A stretch of DNA of 64,000 nt, from positions 40,044 through 104,043 of the forward strand of contig CAIJXG010000081.1 in assembly GCA_903824505.1 (NCBI GenBank). The letters run 5' to 3'. The notes under the pieces were generated by a model, which did no database searches, was not told where the DNA came from, and worked only from the letters and a program-made list of their open reading frames with translations. This DNA is from an uncultured Pseudomonadota bacterium. Its GTDB lineage: Bacteria; Pseudomonadota; Alphaproteobacteria; UBA9219. Both the position numbers and the translations under genes were made by a program. Positions 39,943 to 52,244 of the stretch are shown here, one piece after another. Numbering within the stretch: the first letter of the stretch is position 1; each line of letters starts with the position of its first letter.

Positions 39943-41793
39943 ATGAAATATGATGTCATCGTCATTGGCGGCGGCCATGCGGGGTGCGAGGCGGCCGCTG
40001 CTTCGGCGCGGGTGGGCGTGCGCACGCTTCTGATCACCCATAAGGTCGAGACGTTGGGTGAAATGTCCTGCAATCCTGCCATTGGCGGGCTTGGCAAAGG
40101 CCATTTGGTGCGCGAGGTGGACGCGCTGGACGGGCTCATGGGGCGCGTGGCCGATGCGGCTGGTATCCAGTTTCGCGTTCTGAACCGCAGCAAGGGGCCT
40201 GCTGTACGTGGCCCTCGCGCCCAAGCCGACCGGAAATTGTATCGACAGGCGATGCAGGCAGTTCTTTTCAATCAGCCGAATCTGGACATTCTGGCGGCCT
40301 CGGCCGAGGATCTTCTGACCGATGCAAGCGGTTCAATCACGGGCATCGTCACGGGCGATGGGGCTGAAATCCGCGCCGGAGCCGTTGTGCTCACAACCGG
40401 AACCTTTCTGCGCGGTTTGATCCATCTGGGTGAGGAGAAAACACCGGCCGGACGTTTTAACGAGCCTCCTTCACGGGGATTAAGCGTCGCCCTAGAACGT
40501 TTGGGCTTTCCTCTAGGGCGGCTGAAAACAGGAACGCCCGCGCGGTTGGATGGACGCACGATCGACTGGGCGGGGCTAGAGATGCAACAGGGGGACCCGA
40601 ACCCCGAAGCTTTTTCGACTCTGACAACCACCCTGTCGAATCGTCAAATCGCCTGCGGTATTACTTATACGACTCCGCGTGGGCACGACGCGATACGGGC
40701 CAATTTGCACCGCGCTCCTATGTATTCCGGCCAGATTACGGGCACGGGGCCGCGCTATTGCCCCTCGATTGAAGATAAAGTTGTGCGCTTCGCCGACAAA
40801 GAACGGCACCAAATTTTCCTAGAACCCGAAGGGCTGGATGATCCCACGATTTACCCGAATGGGATTTCGACCTCTCTGCCGCGCGATGTGCAGGATGTTT
40901 TTATCCGCTCGATCATCGGATTGGAGAAAGTCAAAATTCTCCGCTACGGCTACGCGATTGAATATGATTTTTGTGATCCGCGCGAACTCACACGCACCCT
41001 TGAAACCAAGCGCGTGCAGGGTCTGTTCTTTGCGGGACAGATCAACGGCACAACAGGGTACGAAGAAGCCGCCGCCCAAGGTCTCATTGCGGGGCTGAAT
41101 GCCGCGCTGAAAACGGCTTTGATGGCGCCTTTCACCTTGGATCGCTCCCAAGCCTATATTGGCGTGATGATCGATGATCTGATCACGCGCGGCACGAATG
41201 AGCCGTATCGCATGTTCACCTCTCGTGCCGAATACAGGCTCACGCTACGGGCCGACAACGCGGATCAAAGGCTGACGCCGCTAGGGCTTGAGGCCGGATG
41301 TATCACCACAATCCGCCGTGACTCGTTTGCGGCTAAGAAAGAAGCGCTGGACTCTGCCCGCGCCTTGCTGGATTCCTGCCGCGCCTCACCGAATAAACTC
41401 GCGGCCCAAGGGCTACATGTGAATGCGGATGGGGTTGTGCGGTCGGCCTTTGAGCTTTTGTCCTATCCCGATCTCTCACTTGCGCGTTTAGCCTCGGTCT
41501 GGCAGGAGCTGGCCGCCATCCCGCCGCATATAGCACAGCAATTAGAAAGCGACGGGTTGTATGCGGGGTATCTCGACCGCCAGAACGAGGATATCCGCGC
41601 CTTTCGCAAGGACGAAGCGCTGCAGCTTTCTGAACATACAGATTTCGATTCCATTGGCAGCTTATCGGCCGAGATTAAACAAAAACTGAAACAGATCCGC
41701 CCCCCTACGCTCGGCGCGGCTTCGCGCATTCAGGGCATGACCCCCGCCGCGCTGGTATCCCTGTTGCGTTATGTGAAAAAAGAAGGGGCCTGA
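39943..41793 (+). CDS. mnmG: tRNA uridine 5-carboxymethylaminomethyl modification enzyme MnmG (GidA)
   Basis: FAD motif [16 protein letters not shown] and [29 protein letters not shown]. About 617 aa. Confidence 0.92.
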   Translation: MKYDVIVIGGGHAGCEAAAASARVGVRTLLITHKVETLGEMSCNPAIGGLGKGHLVREVDALDGLMGRVADAAGIQFRVLNRSKGPAVRGPRAQADRKLYRQAMQAVLFNQPNLDILAASAEDLLTDASGSITGIVTGDGAEIRAGAVVLTTGTFLRGLIHLGEEKTPAGRFNEPPSRGLSVALERLGFPLGRLKTGTPARLDGRTIDWAGLEMQQGDPNPEAFSTLTTTLSNRQIACGITYTTPRGHDAIRANLHRAPMYSGQITGTGPRYCPSIEDKVVRFADKERHQIFLEPEGLDDPTIYPNGISTSLPRDVQDVFIRSIIGLEKVKILRYGYAIEYDFCDPRELTRTLETKRVQGLFFAGQINGTTGYEEAAAQGLIAGLNAALKTALMAPFTLDRSQAYIGVMIDDLITRGTNEPYRMFTSRAEYRLTLRADNADQRLTPLGLEAGCITTIRRDSFAAKKEALDSARALLDSCRASPNKLAAQGLHVNADGVVRSAFELLSYPDLSLARLASVWQELAAIPPHIAQQLESDGLYAGYLDRQNEDIRAFRKDEALQLSEHTDFDSIGSLSAEIKQKLKQIRPPTLGAASRIQGMTPAALVSLLRYVKKEGA

Positions 41794-41817
41794 AGGACAG
41801 GGCTGCCGTAAGCAACC

Positions 41818-41852
41818 TGTTAAGAAATACCCCTCACGGCTCGTTTCTTAAG
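41818..41852. repeat. Nested-palindrome intergenic element (CTTAAGAAA...CCCTCACGG...TTTCTTAAC), copy A, just after the mnmG stop
   Basis: Near-identical, in reverse orientation, to 60737-60772, which also lies just after a stop codon. Outer 9-bp and inner 5-bp inverted repeats. Likely a REP-like element or terminator. Confidence 0.55.
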
Positions 41853-41930
41853 GCTGCTTGGCAGACTTCTCGCGGGGGATATTCTCTGATAAGAGAGGGG
41901 ATCTCATGCGCCCTTTTCTAAGAAAACCCC

Positions 41931-43574
<1,644 letters not shown>

Positions 43575-43650
43575 AGATCACGATTGAGCCTTAGGCCTTT
43601 TGTGCTAGGCTGGGGCTCGATGGTATGAAAGCTGAAAAGGGAGACTTTCC

Positions 43651-44187
43651 ATGAATCTCGATCAAACGAAACAACGGATGGACGGGGCTTTAGAAGCGCT
43701 GCGCAAGGAATTTGGCGGGCTGCGAACGGGGCGCGCCTCGACCAGCCTTTTGGATCCCATTCATGTGGATGCTTATGGAAGCCCTCTGCCGCTGAACCAA
43801 GTTGGGACCGTCGGCGTGCCGGAGCCGCGTCTGTTGACGGTCCAAGTCTGGGACAAGGGATTGGTTAAAAGCGTCGAGAAGGCCATCCGCGATGCGGGGT
43901 TGGGTCTGAACCCGCAACCAGATGGGCAGATGATTCGCGTGCCTTTACCAGAGCTAAGCCAAGAACGCCGTCAGGAATTGGTCAAAATCGCAGGTAAATA
44001 CACCGAACAAGCGCGGATTGCGGTACGGAATGTTCGCCGCGATGCGATGGACGGGATTAAGAAAGAAAAGCCCTCGGAAGACGAAACCCAAGCCTTGAAC
44101 GAAAAAGTTCAGAAGCTGACCGATGAGACCATTAAAAAAATTGACGATCTGTTGGCCCATAAAGAAAAAGAAATCATGCAGGTTTAG
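43651..44187 (+). CDS. frr: Ribosome recycling factor
   Basis: [51 protein letters not shown]... 178 aa. Confidence 0.92.
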   Translation: MNLDQTKQRMDGALEALRKEFGGLRTGRASTSLLDPIHVDAYGSPLPLNQVGTVGVPEPRLLTVQVWDKGLVKSVEKAIRDAGLGLNPQPDGQMIRVPLPELSQERRQELVKIAGKYTEQARIAVRNVRRDAMDGIKKEKPSEDETQALNEKVQKLTDETIKKIDDLLAHKEKEIMQV

Positions 44188-44189
44188 GC

Positions 44190-44346
44190 ATGTCTTGGCT
44201 TTCCGCTCCCCATGCCGCGTTTGTGTTAGCCGCCTATGGGCTTGTGGGCGGGGTGTTGATTTTTTTTGCCGCGCTGACGTTTTGGCGCGCCCATCAGGTC
44301 AATAAAGAGGCGAAGGAAGTGGAATTAGAGATGCGGCATGACTCGT
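44190..44346 (+). CDS. ccmD: Haem exporter protein CcmD (52 aa, not in the ORF track)
   Basis: MSWLSAPHAAFVLAAYGLVGGVLIFFAALTFWRAHQVNKEAKEVELEMRHDS: single TM plus a charged tail. Starts 3 bp after the frr stop and overlaps the ccmE start by 8 bp. Confidence 0.45.
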
Positions 44347-44793
44347 AAAAAAGCACGGCTTGTGATGGTTTTGTGTTTGCTGGCGGGATCGGGAACGGCG
44401 GCGGCTTTGACGCTTATTGCGCTTAATCGCAACGTCTCTTATTTCAGGACGCCAACCGAAATTGTCATGGGAATCTATCCCGAGAAAGACTCAGGGCATG
44501 CTTTTCGGCTGGGCGGTTTGGTGGAAACAGGCAGTCTGAGCCGCGACGAAGGGGCGATCACCTTCCGCGTAACGGACACAAAAAACGCCCTTTCCGTTCA
44601 TTATGAAGGCATTGTTCCTGATTTGTTCCGAGAGGGGCAGGGCGTGATTGCGGAAGGCAAGATGGATGAAGCGCAAACCTTTCAAGCTACGCTGCTTCTG
44701 GCCAAACATGACGAAAAATATATGCCGCCGGAAGTCGCAAGCGAATTGAAGAATGCCGGGCATCCGGTTGAAGGAACCAAAGAAAGCAAATAA
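44338..44793 (+). CDS. ccmE: Cytochrome c-type biogenesis haem chaperone CcmE
   Basis: N-terminal TM, OB-fold region (FRLGGLVETGSL...ITFRVTD), and a haem-binding His in LLLAKHDEKYMPPEV. Confidence 0.82.
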   Translation: MTRKKARLVMVLCLLAGSGTAAALTLIALNRNVSYFRTPTEIVMGIYPEKDSGHAFRLGGLVETGSLSRDEGAITFRVTDTKNALSVHYEGIVPDLFREGQGVIAEGKMDEAQTFQATLLLAKHDEKYMPPEVASELKNAGHPVEGTKESK

Positions 44794-44796
44794 TCC

Positions 44797-45543
44797 ATGT
44801 CCCAAAAATCTTCCTTCGCGGGTGAACGGATTGCCAAACTTCTGGCGCGTGTCGGCGTTTGTTCCCGTCGCGAGGCGGAAAGGCTGATCATCGACGGGCG
44901 CGTGACGGTGGATGGCAAAGTTCTGGCCTCGCCTGCCCTGAATGTCACGGATTCCAGCCGGATCACTGTTAATGGAAAACCGATTGGGCTGCGCGAGGAA
45001 ACACGGCTGTGGCGGTATCACAAACCGGCAGGGACTCTGACAACCACGCGCGATCCGCAGGGCCGTCCTACTGTTTTTGAAAAGCTCCCGCCCGAGATGC
45101 CGCGCGTGGTCAGCGTCGGACGGCTGGATTTCAATACTGAAGGGCTTTTGCTTTTGACGAATGACGGGGCCTTGGCGCGGCATATGGAATTGCCGCAAAA
45201 CGCCTGGATGCGCCATTATCGCGTGCGGGTTTATGGGGTTGTGGATCCGGCAACGCTGGCGGCCCTTGCCCACGGCGTCACGATTTCCGGCATTCGGTAT
45301 GAAGCGGTCAAGGCCGAAATCGAAAAAAACCAAGCGGAGGGCGCAAACAGATGGCTTTCGGTAAGCATCCGTGAAGGCAAAAACCGCGAGATCCGCAAAA
45401 TCATGGAGCATTTGGGGCTTCAGGTCACGCGCCTGATCCGCACCTCATTCGGTCCCTTTCCTTTGGGTAAACTCCCGCGCGGCGGCATCGAAGAAGTCCC
45501 CCGTCGAGCTTTGAAAGATGCGCTGGGGAACTTCTTCACTTAA
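44797..45543 (+). CDS. RsuA/RluB-family pseudouridine synthase with S4 domain
   Basis: S4 motif (RIAKLLARVGVCSRREAERLIIDGRVTVDGK) and catalytic Asp region (VGRLDFNTEGLLLLTNDG). Confidence 0.78.
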   Translation: MSQKSSFAGERIAKLLARVGVCSRREAERLIIDGRVTVDGKVLASPALNVTDSSRITVNGKPIGLREETRLWRYHKPAGTLTTTRDPQGRPTVFEKLPPEMPRVVSVGRLDFNTEGLLLLTNDGALARHMELPQNAWMRHYRVRVYGVVDPATLAALAHGVTISGIRYEAVKAEIEKNQAEGANRWLSVSIREGKNREIRKIMEHLGLQVTRLIRTSFGPFPLGKLPRGGIEEVPRRALKDALGNFFT

Positions 45544-45567
45544 GGCCAATCGAATCGGAGCGCACGC

Positions 45568-46563
45568 ATGTCCTCTCCTTCCGTCTTTTTAACCGGCGCA
45601 ACCGGCTTTGTGGGCGCGGCTGTGGCGCGGCTATTGATCCGCAAAGGCTGCGCCTTGCGCGTTTTGACCCGTCCCCATAATGACCGCCGGAATCTGGCGG
45701 GGCTCGATGTCCAGATGATTGAAGGAGATCTGAATGCGCCGGACAGCTATCGTGCCGCGCTGAAAGGCTGCGATAGTCTGTTCCATGTTGCGGCGGATTA
45801 TCGGATCTGGGTTCCAGATGCCGCTGCGATGCATGCGGTGAATGTTGGAGGCACGCGGGCTTTGATGCTGGCGGCCTTGGATGCTGGTATTCCGCGTATT
45901 GTTTATACAAGCTCGGTGGCGACCTTAGGGATGCATAAGGACGGAACGCTTGCGCGCGAGGACTCGCCTGTTTCTTTTTCAGATATGATTGGGACCTATA
46001 AGCAATCAAAATATCTGGCCGAAGAGGAAGTCCGCCGCCTGATTACCCATCACGGGCTTCCGGCGGTGATTGTGAATCCGTCGATGCCCATTGGGCCGCG
46101 CGATATTAAACCAACCCCCACGGGCCGAGTCATTGTGAATGCCGCGAAAGGCAAAATTCCGGCTTTTGTGGATACGGGGCTGAATGTCGTGCATGTGGAC
46201 GATGTCGCCCAAGGCCATTGGCTGGCTTTCGAGCGGGGGCAAATTGGCGAGCGCTATATTTTGGGCAGTGAGAATCTGCCTCTGGGCGAAATTTTGCGGA
46301 TTGTGTCAGAAATCGTTGGTCGTCCGGCGCCGACCGTGCGCCTCCCTCGCGCACCGCTTTATCCCCTTGCTTTTGGGATGGAATGCCTCGCGCGGCTGAC
46401 AGGCAAGGAGCCGATGCTGACCTGCCACGCGCTGCGCATGGCGGAAAAAAAGATGTATGTTTCAACTTCTAAGGCCGAGCGCGCACTGGACTATCGCCCG
46501 CGTCCCGCACGCGATGCGATTGCCGATGCGCTCGCGTGGTTTCGGGCTGAAAAATACTGTTGA
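45568..46563 (+). CDS. NAD-dependent epimerase/dehydratase (HpnA-like hopanoid-associated sugar epimerase type)
   Basis: Rossmann motif FLTGATGFVGAAVARLL and YxxxK (YKQSKYLAE). 331 aa. Confidence 0.65.
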   Translation: MSSPSVFLTGATGFVGAAVARLLIRKGCALRVLTRPHNDRRNLAGLDVQMIEGDLNAPDSYRAALKGCDSLFHVAADYRIWVPDAAAMHAVNVGGTRALMLAALDAGIPRIVYTSSVATLGMHKDGTLAREDSPVSFSDMIGTYKQSKYLAEEEVRRLITHHGLPAVIVNPSMPIGPRDIKPTPTGRVIVNAAKGKIPAFVDTGLNVVHVDDVAQGHWLAFERGQIGERYILGSENLPLGEILRIVSEIVGRPAPTVRLPRAPLYPLAFGMECLARLTGKEPMLTCHALRMAEKKMYVSTSKAERALDYRPRPARDAIADALAWFRAEKYC

Positions 46564-46595
46564 CGCATAGGACTTCAAGGTAAAAACAGGCGTAA

Positions 46596-46625
46596 AGGTT
46601 AACAAAGTGTAACCTTTTTTCTTCT
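46596..46625 (+). terminator. Intrinsic terminator after the epimerase gene
   Basis: aggttaac aaagt gttaacct-like hairpin followed by ttttttcttctcttttttt. Confidence 0.6.
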
Positions 46626-46719
46626 CTTTTTTTCAAAAAAAAGCTGCGCCATTAACTTTGGATTCAAGATTTACCGATAGGGTGGGTTTATCAGGAACCC
46701 TCAACTAAGGACTCAAATC

Positions 46720-46995
46720 ATGTTTTACCCTCACGAAAAAACGACCATGACCGGAACGGCGGACGAAACGCTGGAACGGCTGGTCATCATGACAAACCAG
46801 ACGAATCTGGTTGCTCTTGATAAAACGATGGCGGCGATCCGTCGCGCCCCGACAAGCTACGCGGCGGCTTCTGCCCGCGTCGGCAGCATCGGCGAGCGAA
46901 TCGTCCGCGCCGCGCACGAGGTCAGCTTGACCTTGCCTGTCGGTGCCCGCGCCGCTTTGCCTATGGCCGAAGAAACCATGGACGCCGCCCTCTAG
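46720..46995 (+). CDS. Small hypothetical protein (91 aa)
   Basis: ORF with AAGGA RBS 10 nt upstream. Followed directly by a perfect 10-bp-stem hairpin (tctagccgca...tgcggctaga, 46991-47019). No recognisable family. Confidence 0.3.
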   Translation: MFYPHEKTTMTGTADETLERLVIMTNQTNLVALDKTMAAIRRAPTSYAAASARVGSIGERIVRAAHEVSLTLPVGARAALPMAEETMDAAL

Positions 46996-47439
46996 CCGCA
47001 TCTCCCCCTTGCGGCTAGAGGCGGTGCCCCTCTCTTTCTTCACCTTTTCCGTATTGCATCCTCTGCAATGCGTTTCTCTCCTTCCCTCTTTTTTCCCCTC
47101 CTCTCGTCTTTCTTTGTGTGTGCCATGTCTCGTTATGCTTCTGCGGCGTTAAGCCTTGCCCCTGCATCTCCTGCTCTTCCGGCTGGGCGCTTTCTACCCA
47201 AAAAAAACGGGCGCGTCCCCGCGCGGCCCGGGGCAACCTTTTTCTTGCCCAACAGCCTAAGATGGGTTGAAATGTATCGTCTTTTTGACGCATCCTCGGC
47301 CAGCCTGACAACGCAACATGCCGGATGCAGCACCCCTGTCGTCACGCCAGAGAGCGCCGCCGCGCAAGGCCGCGTCGTGCTTTTCCGCCCGAGAGAAGGC
47401 TGGGGACGTGGGGTTAAGGAATAAAGCGCGTTTCCCTCC

Positions 47440-47468
47440 CTTGCACGACAAAAAATCGTCCCTATATT
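47440..47468 (+). promoter_or_regulatory. Putative RpoH (sigma-32)-type heat-shock promoter of dnaK
   Basis: CTTG-N17-CCTATAT about 75 bp upstream of the dnaK ATG, matching the alphaproteobacterial sigma-32 consensus CTTG-N17-CYTATNT. Confidence 0.45.
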
Positions 47469-47543
47469 GAGCCTTGGAGCTTTCGCACAGAAAAGGCAGA
47501 AAGACTCCATCCGGATTCACCAAGGCAAAGGCAGGGAAACACA

Positions 47544-49454
47544 ATGGCTAAAGTTATCGGCATCGATCTCGGTACCACCAATTCATGCGTCGCGGTTTTG
47601 GAAGGCTCTAGCGCCACCGTCATTCATAATGCGGAAGGCGCGAATACGACGCCTTCGATCGTGGCTTTCACCAATGGCGACGAACGGTTGGTCGGACAGG
47701 CCGCCAAGCGTCAGGCCGTCACAAACCCCGCTAATACGCTTTATGCCATTAAACGCCTGATTGGCCGTCGTTTTGACGATCCGATGGTGCAAAAGGACAT
47801 CGCCTTGATGCCCTATAAGATCGTCAAAAACACCAATGGCGACGCGTGGGTGGAAGCCAATGGCAAAACCTATAGTTCCTCGGAAGTCTCGGCCTTTATT
47901 TTGATCAAGATGAAGGAAACGGCGGAAGCCTATCTGGGCGAAAAAGTCACGCAGGCCGTCATTACAGTCCCCGCTTATTTCAACGACAGCCAGCGTCAAG
48001 CGACGAAAGATGCTGGTAAAATCGCAGGGCTTGAGGTCTTGCGTATTATCAATGAGCCGACGGCGGCCGCGCTCGCCTATGGGATGGAGAAGAAAAAATC
48101 CGGCACGGTGGCGATTTACGATCTGGGCGGCGGCACTTTTGACGTGTCGGTCTTGGAAATTGGCGATGGCGTGTTTGAGGTCAAATCCACGAATGGAGAT
48201 ACCTTCCTGGGCGGCGAAGATTTCGACAGCCGCGTCATGGATTTCCTGTGTGATGAGTTCAAGAAGGAACAGGGAATCGATCTGCGCGGCGACAAGCTGG
48301 CCCTCCAACGCTTGAAGGAAGCGGCTGAGAAAGCCAAGATTGAGCTCTCTTCCTCCATGCAAACGGAAGTCAATCTGCCCTTTATCACCGCCGATCAAGC
48401 GGGGCCGAAGCATTTGTCGATCAAGCTAACTCGCGCGAAGCTGGAAGCCTTGGTTGAAGCGCTGGTCAAAAAGACGATTGAGCCGTGCAAGCAAGCGCTG
48501 AAAGACGCCGGACTCAAAGCCTCTGATATCGACGAGGTGATTTTGGTCGGCGGCATGACCCGCATGCCCAAGATCATTGAAACCGTGAAGGAATTCTTTG
48601 GGCGCGAGCCTCATCGCGGAGTCAATCCTGACGAAGTCGTGGCGGTCGGCGCGGCCATTCAAGCGGGCGTTTTGAAGGGCGATGTGAAAGATGTTTTATT
48701 GCTTGACGTGACGCCGCTCTCGCTGGGCATTGAAACGCTGGGCGGTGTTTTCACGCGCCTGATTGATCGCAACACCACGATCCCCACGAAAAAGAGTCAG
48801 GTTTTCTCGACGGCGGACGATAATCAAAATGCCGTCACCATCCGCGTGTTCCAAGGTGAGCGCGAAATGGCCGCCGACAACAAGATGCTGGGGCAGTTCG
48901 ATCTGGTTGGGATTCCGCCGGCTCCGCGCGGCGTGCCGCAAATCGAAGTCATCTTTGACATTGATGCAAATGGGATTGTTAGCGTCACGGCCAAGGACAA
49001 AGCAACGGGCAAGGAACAGCAAATCCGCATTCAGGCTTCGGGCGGCCTGTCGGATGCCGACATCCAAAAAATGGTCAAGGAGGCGGAAGCCAACGCGGCC
49101 GAAGACAAGAAACGCCGTGAAGCGGTGGATGCGCGTAATCAAGCCGACAGCCTTGTCCATCAAACCGAAAAGACGCTGAAAGATCTGGGCGATAAGGTTT
49201 CGGCCAGCGATAAAACGGCGGTTGAAAGCGCGCTTGCGGATCTGAAAGCGGTGATGGAATCGGGCGATGCCTCCCTCATCAAGTCTAAATCCGAAGCTCT
49301 TGCCCAAGTCTCGATGAAGCTCGGTGAACAGCTGTATAAGAGCCAGCAAGAAGGCGCGACCTCTGGGGCATCTTCCGAAAGCGCGCCTGACACGGGCGTT
49401 GTAGATGCCGAATTCAGCGAAGTCGCTGAGGATAAGAAGAGCGGAACGGCTTAA
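47544..49454 (+). CDS. dnaK: Molecular chaperone DnaK (Hsp70)
   Basis: [21 protein letters not shown]..., [27 protein letters not shown], and the C-terminal lid region. 636 aa. Confidence 0.96.
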   Translation: MAKVIGIDLGTTNSCVAVLEGSSATVIHNAEGANTTPSIVAFTNGDERLVGQAAKRQAVTNPANTLYAIKRLIGRRFDDPMVQKDIALMPYKIVKNTNGDAWVEANGKTYSSSEVSAFILIKMKETAEAYLGEKVTQAVITVPAYFNDSQRQATKDAGKIAGLEVLRIINEPTAAALAYGMEKKKSGTVAIYDLGGGTFDVSVLEIGDGVFEVKSTNGDTFLGGEDFDSRVMDFLCDEFKKEQGIDLRGDKLALQRLKEAAEKAKIELSSSMQTEVNLPFITADQAGPKHLSIKLTRAKLEALVEALVKKTIEPCKQALKDAGLKASDIDEVILVGGMTRMPKIIETVKEFFGREPHRGVNPDEVVAVGAAIQAGVLKGDVKDVLLLDVTPLSLGIETLGGVFTRLIDRNTTIPTKKSQVFSTADDNQNAVTIRVFQGEREMAADNKMLGQFDLVGIPPAPRGVPQIEVIFDIDANGIVSVTAKDKATGKEQQIRIQASGGLSDADIQKMVKEAEANAAEDKKRREAVDARNQADSLVHQTEKTLKDLGDKVSASDKTAVESALADLKAVMESGDASLIKSKSEALAQVSMKLGEQLYKSQQEGATSGASSESAPDTGVVDAEFSEVAEDKKSGTA

Positions 49455-49939
49455 TACCCCAAAACCCGCGATGAGGAAAAGCGGGCCATAAAAAAGACTC
49501 ACGGGTGCAAGAGGATAGGTGTTGTGAAGGCTCCTTCCCTCTGCACCCGATGGGTAAAAAGGCCATGGCACAGACCGTTCTTTCCTTCAAGCTGGCCGCG
49601 CATGATGGCTCACGGACGCCTTGGGACTGCCCGCAGCTTGGCCGTGCGTGAGGCTAGGCGCCTTCTGCCTTTGTTCTGCCCTTTATTTCCAAGACGGCGT
49701 TTTCATAAAAGGGCCAAAAGGCACTTGAAGGGGTATCTCCTCCCTCAGCTCCTACGCCATAGGTCCAATTTTTACCCCGCCTCATCATTCACCACGCTCG
49801 CCCCAAATCCTATCGCCGTTCTTGGGATGAATCGCCATGTTGACGCGAAAAATTTGTTGTGGTCTCAAGATTGGGATAAAGAAAGTGCGGGGATGTGTTG
49901 TCCCTTATCGCTCTCACCTTCCTCATACAGAAAAACCCT

Positions 49940-50884
49940 ATGACCCTTCTTGTCCTTGCTGAACATGATCACAAAAGCCTGAAGCCGTCGACGCACCACA
50001 CGCTGGGCGCGGCCGTGAAGCTTAGCGCGCCCATCACGCTGTTGGTCGTGGGGCTGGACTGCGGTGCGGTCGCACAGGAAGGGGCAATGCTTCAAGGCGT
50101 AGCGCGTGTCTTGCACGCGGATGCATCGGCTTATGCCCATTTTCTGGCCGAAAATGTCGCGGCGTTGGTGGCGAGCCTCGCGCCGGATTACACACATATT
50201 CTAGCCCCAGCGACGAGTTTCGGGAAAAACATTCTGCCCCGCGCGGCGGGCCTGTGCGATACGGCCCAAATTTCGGATATCATTGGCATTGAAAGCGCGG
50301 ATGTTTTTGTGCGCCCCATTTATGCCGGTAATGCGATTGCAACGGTGCAGTCAAAAGACAAGATCAAATTTATCACCGTCCGGACAACGGGATTCGATCC
50401 TGTCGGCACAGGGAATGCTGCTCCCCTTGTCTCTATCAATCCCGCCCCAGAAAGCGGCCTTTCCGCTTTTGTTGGGGAGGAATTGTCGGTATCCGCGCGG
50501 CCTGAATTGACGGCAGCGAAGATTATCGTCTCGGGCGGACGCGGCGTCGGCTCGGCAGAAAATTTCAAGACGGTGATCGAGCCTTTGGCGGATCGATTGG
50601 GCGCGGCGGTGGGCGCGTCGCGCGCCGCAGTGGATGCTGGTTATGTCCCCAACGATTATCAGGTCGGACAAACGGGCAAGATTGTCGCGCCCGATTTATA
50701 TATCGCTGTCGGTATCTCGGGCGCTATCCAGCATTTGGCGGGTATGAAGGACAGTAAAACCATCGTCGCCATCAACAAAGATCCAGACGCCCCCATCTTC
50801 GCCGTCGCCGATTATGGCCTTGTCGGCGATTTATTCACGGTGGTGCCCGAGCTGACAAAAGCGTTGGAAAGCCAGAAAAACTGA
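49940..50884 (+). CDS. etfA: Electron transfer flavoprotein alpha subunit
   Basis: [28 protein letters not shown]... and the FAD-binding C-terminal motif [25 protein letters not shown]. No etfB is adjacent. Confidence 0.8.
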   Translation: MTLLVLAEHDHKSLKPSTHHTLGAAVKLSAPITLLVVGLDCGAVAQEGAMLQGVARVLHADASAYAHFLAENVAALVASLAPDYTHILAPATSFGKNILPRAAGLCDTAQISDIIGIESADVFVRPIYAGNAIATVQSKDKIKFITVRTTGFDPVGTGNAAPLVSINPAPESGLSAFVGEELSVSARPELTAAKIIVSGGRGVGSAENFKTVIEPLADRLGAAVGASRAAVDAGYVPNDYQVGQTGKIVAPDLYIAVGISGAIQHLAGMKDSKTIVAINKDPDAPIFAVADYGLVGDLFTVVPELTKALESQKN

Positions 50885-51194
50885 GCTTTTCAGCATTTTC
50901 TCTCGCGCTGTATGTTTCGTGAAGGGAAAAGATACGAGGTTTTTACCCCTTCTTCACCGCTTTGGCGTACAACCCCAAGGGCGCAGTGTTCTGTCGGCCG
51001 AGAGGGGATTCCTTTCCCTCACGCCCTCACCCCTTTAGGAGGATACAATGGGAAGACTAGCTCTCGTTACAGGCGGGCACCACGGGAATCGGCGCAGCGA
51101 CCTGCAAAGCCTAGAAGACAGCTTCTATGCCCTTGCTTTCTTCTGTCTCTACCCCGTGGTAGAGGTTAAACCTCTTCCATAAGGATTACATCTG

Positions 51195-52217
51195 ATGGCT
51201 GCCATCATTCCTCTTCCTCAGGCCGCGCGTCTTGCCCAAGACGCGCCGCTGGATCGGCTGGTTCAATTGGTTGCTGCCGATATGGCTGCCGTCAATCAGA
51301 CAATTGTGCAGCGGATGGAAAGCCGCGTCACGTTGATCCCCAAATTGGCGGGGCATATCATTGCGGCCGGAGGCAAGCGGCTGCGGCCTCTTTTGACGCT
51401 CGCCGCCGCCTCTTTGTGCGGCTATCAAGGGCAGCGGCATCGTAAATTAGCGGCGTGCGTGGAATTCATCCATACCGCCACCTTGATCCATGATGATGTT
51501 GTGGATGCCAGCGATCTCAGACGCGGCAGCCCCTCGGCCAACGCCTTGTTTGGCAACGAGGCCAGCGTTCTGGTCGGTGACTTTCTTTTTAGCCGCGCGT
51601 TTGAGCTGATGGTCGAAGATGGCTCGATCGACGTGTTGCGGGTTCTCTCGCGCGCTTCGGCTGTGATCGCGGAAGGCGAGGTTTTACAGCTCTCGACGAC
51701 CCATGACAGCACGACCAGCGAACAGGCCTATCTTGAAGTCGTGCGAGCTAAAACAGCCGAGCTTTTCGCGGCCGCCTGCCGCATTGGCGCAATCGTTGCG
51801 GGACGTCCGGCCTCCGAGGAAGAGGCCTTGCGGACTTTCGGGCTTAATTTGGGAATCGCCTTTCAAATCGTGGATGACGTGTTGGACTATTCAGCCGAAC
51901 AAGCGCGGTTAGGCAAGACGGTTGGAGACGATTTCCGCGAAGGCAAGATGACCTTGCCCGTTATTTTGGCTATTCATCGCGGTTCGGAAGCCGAACGCGC
52001 TTTTTGGAAACGCGTGATGGATGACAGTGCTATGCGCGAAGGCGATTTGAGCCACGCTCAAGATCTTATGCGCCGCCACCATACGTTGCGCGATGCTATG
52101 GATCGCGCCCGCCATTATGGCGCGATTGCTAAAGACGCGCTGGGACTCTTTTCGGATAACCCCGTGAAACAGGCTTTTCTGGATATCGTGGATTTCACCA
52201 TCGCGCGAGAATTTTAA
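51195..52217 (+). CDS. ispB: Polyprenyl (octaprenyl) diphosphate synthase
   Basis: First DDxxD (IHDDVVDASDLRRG) and second DDxxD (IVDDVLDYS). 340 aa. Confidence 0.82.
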   Translation: MAAIIPLPQAARLAQDAPLDRLVQLVAADMAAVNQTIVQRMESRVTLIPKLAGHIIAAGGKRLRPLLTLAAASLCGYQGQRHRKLAACVEFIHTATLIHDDVVDASDLRRGSPSANALFGNEASVLVGDFLFSRAFELMVEDGSIDVLRVLSRASAVIAEGEVLQLSTTHDSTTSEQAYLEVVRAKTAELFAAACRIGAIVAGRPASEEEALRTFGLNLGIAFQIVDDVLDYSAEQARLGKTVGDDFREGKMTLPVILAIHRGSEAERAFWKRVMDDSAMREGDLSHAQDLMRRHHTLRDAMDRARHYGAIAKDALGLFSDNPVKQAFLDIVDFTIAREF

Positions 52218-52244
52218 CATCTGTCTTTTATGGGATGACACAAC

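Noticed and set aside
47068..47424. 118-aa plus-strand ORF between the small hypothetical gene and dnaK
   Set aside because: It lies within the polypyrimidine tract and the dnaK promoter region, has a low-complexity composition (Ser/Leu/Pro/Phe from CT-rich codons) and no RBS. It is probably non-coding.
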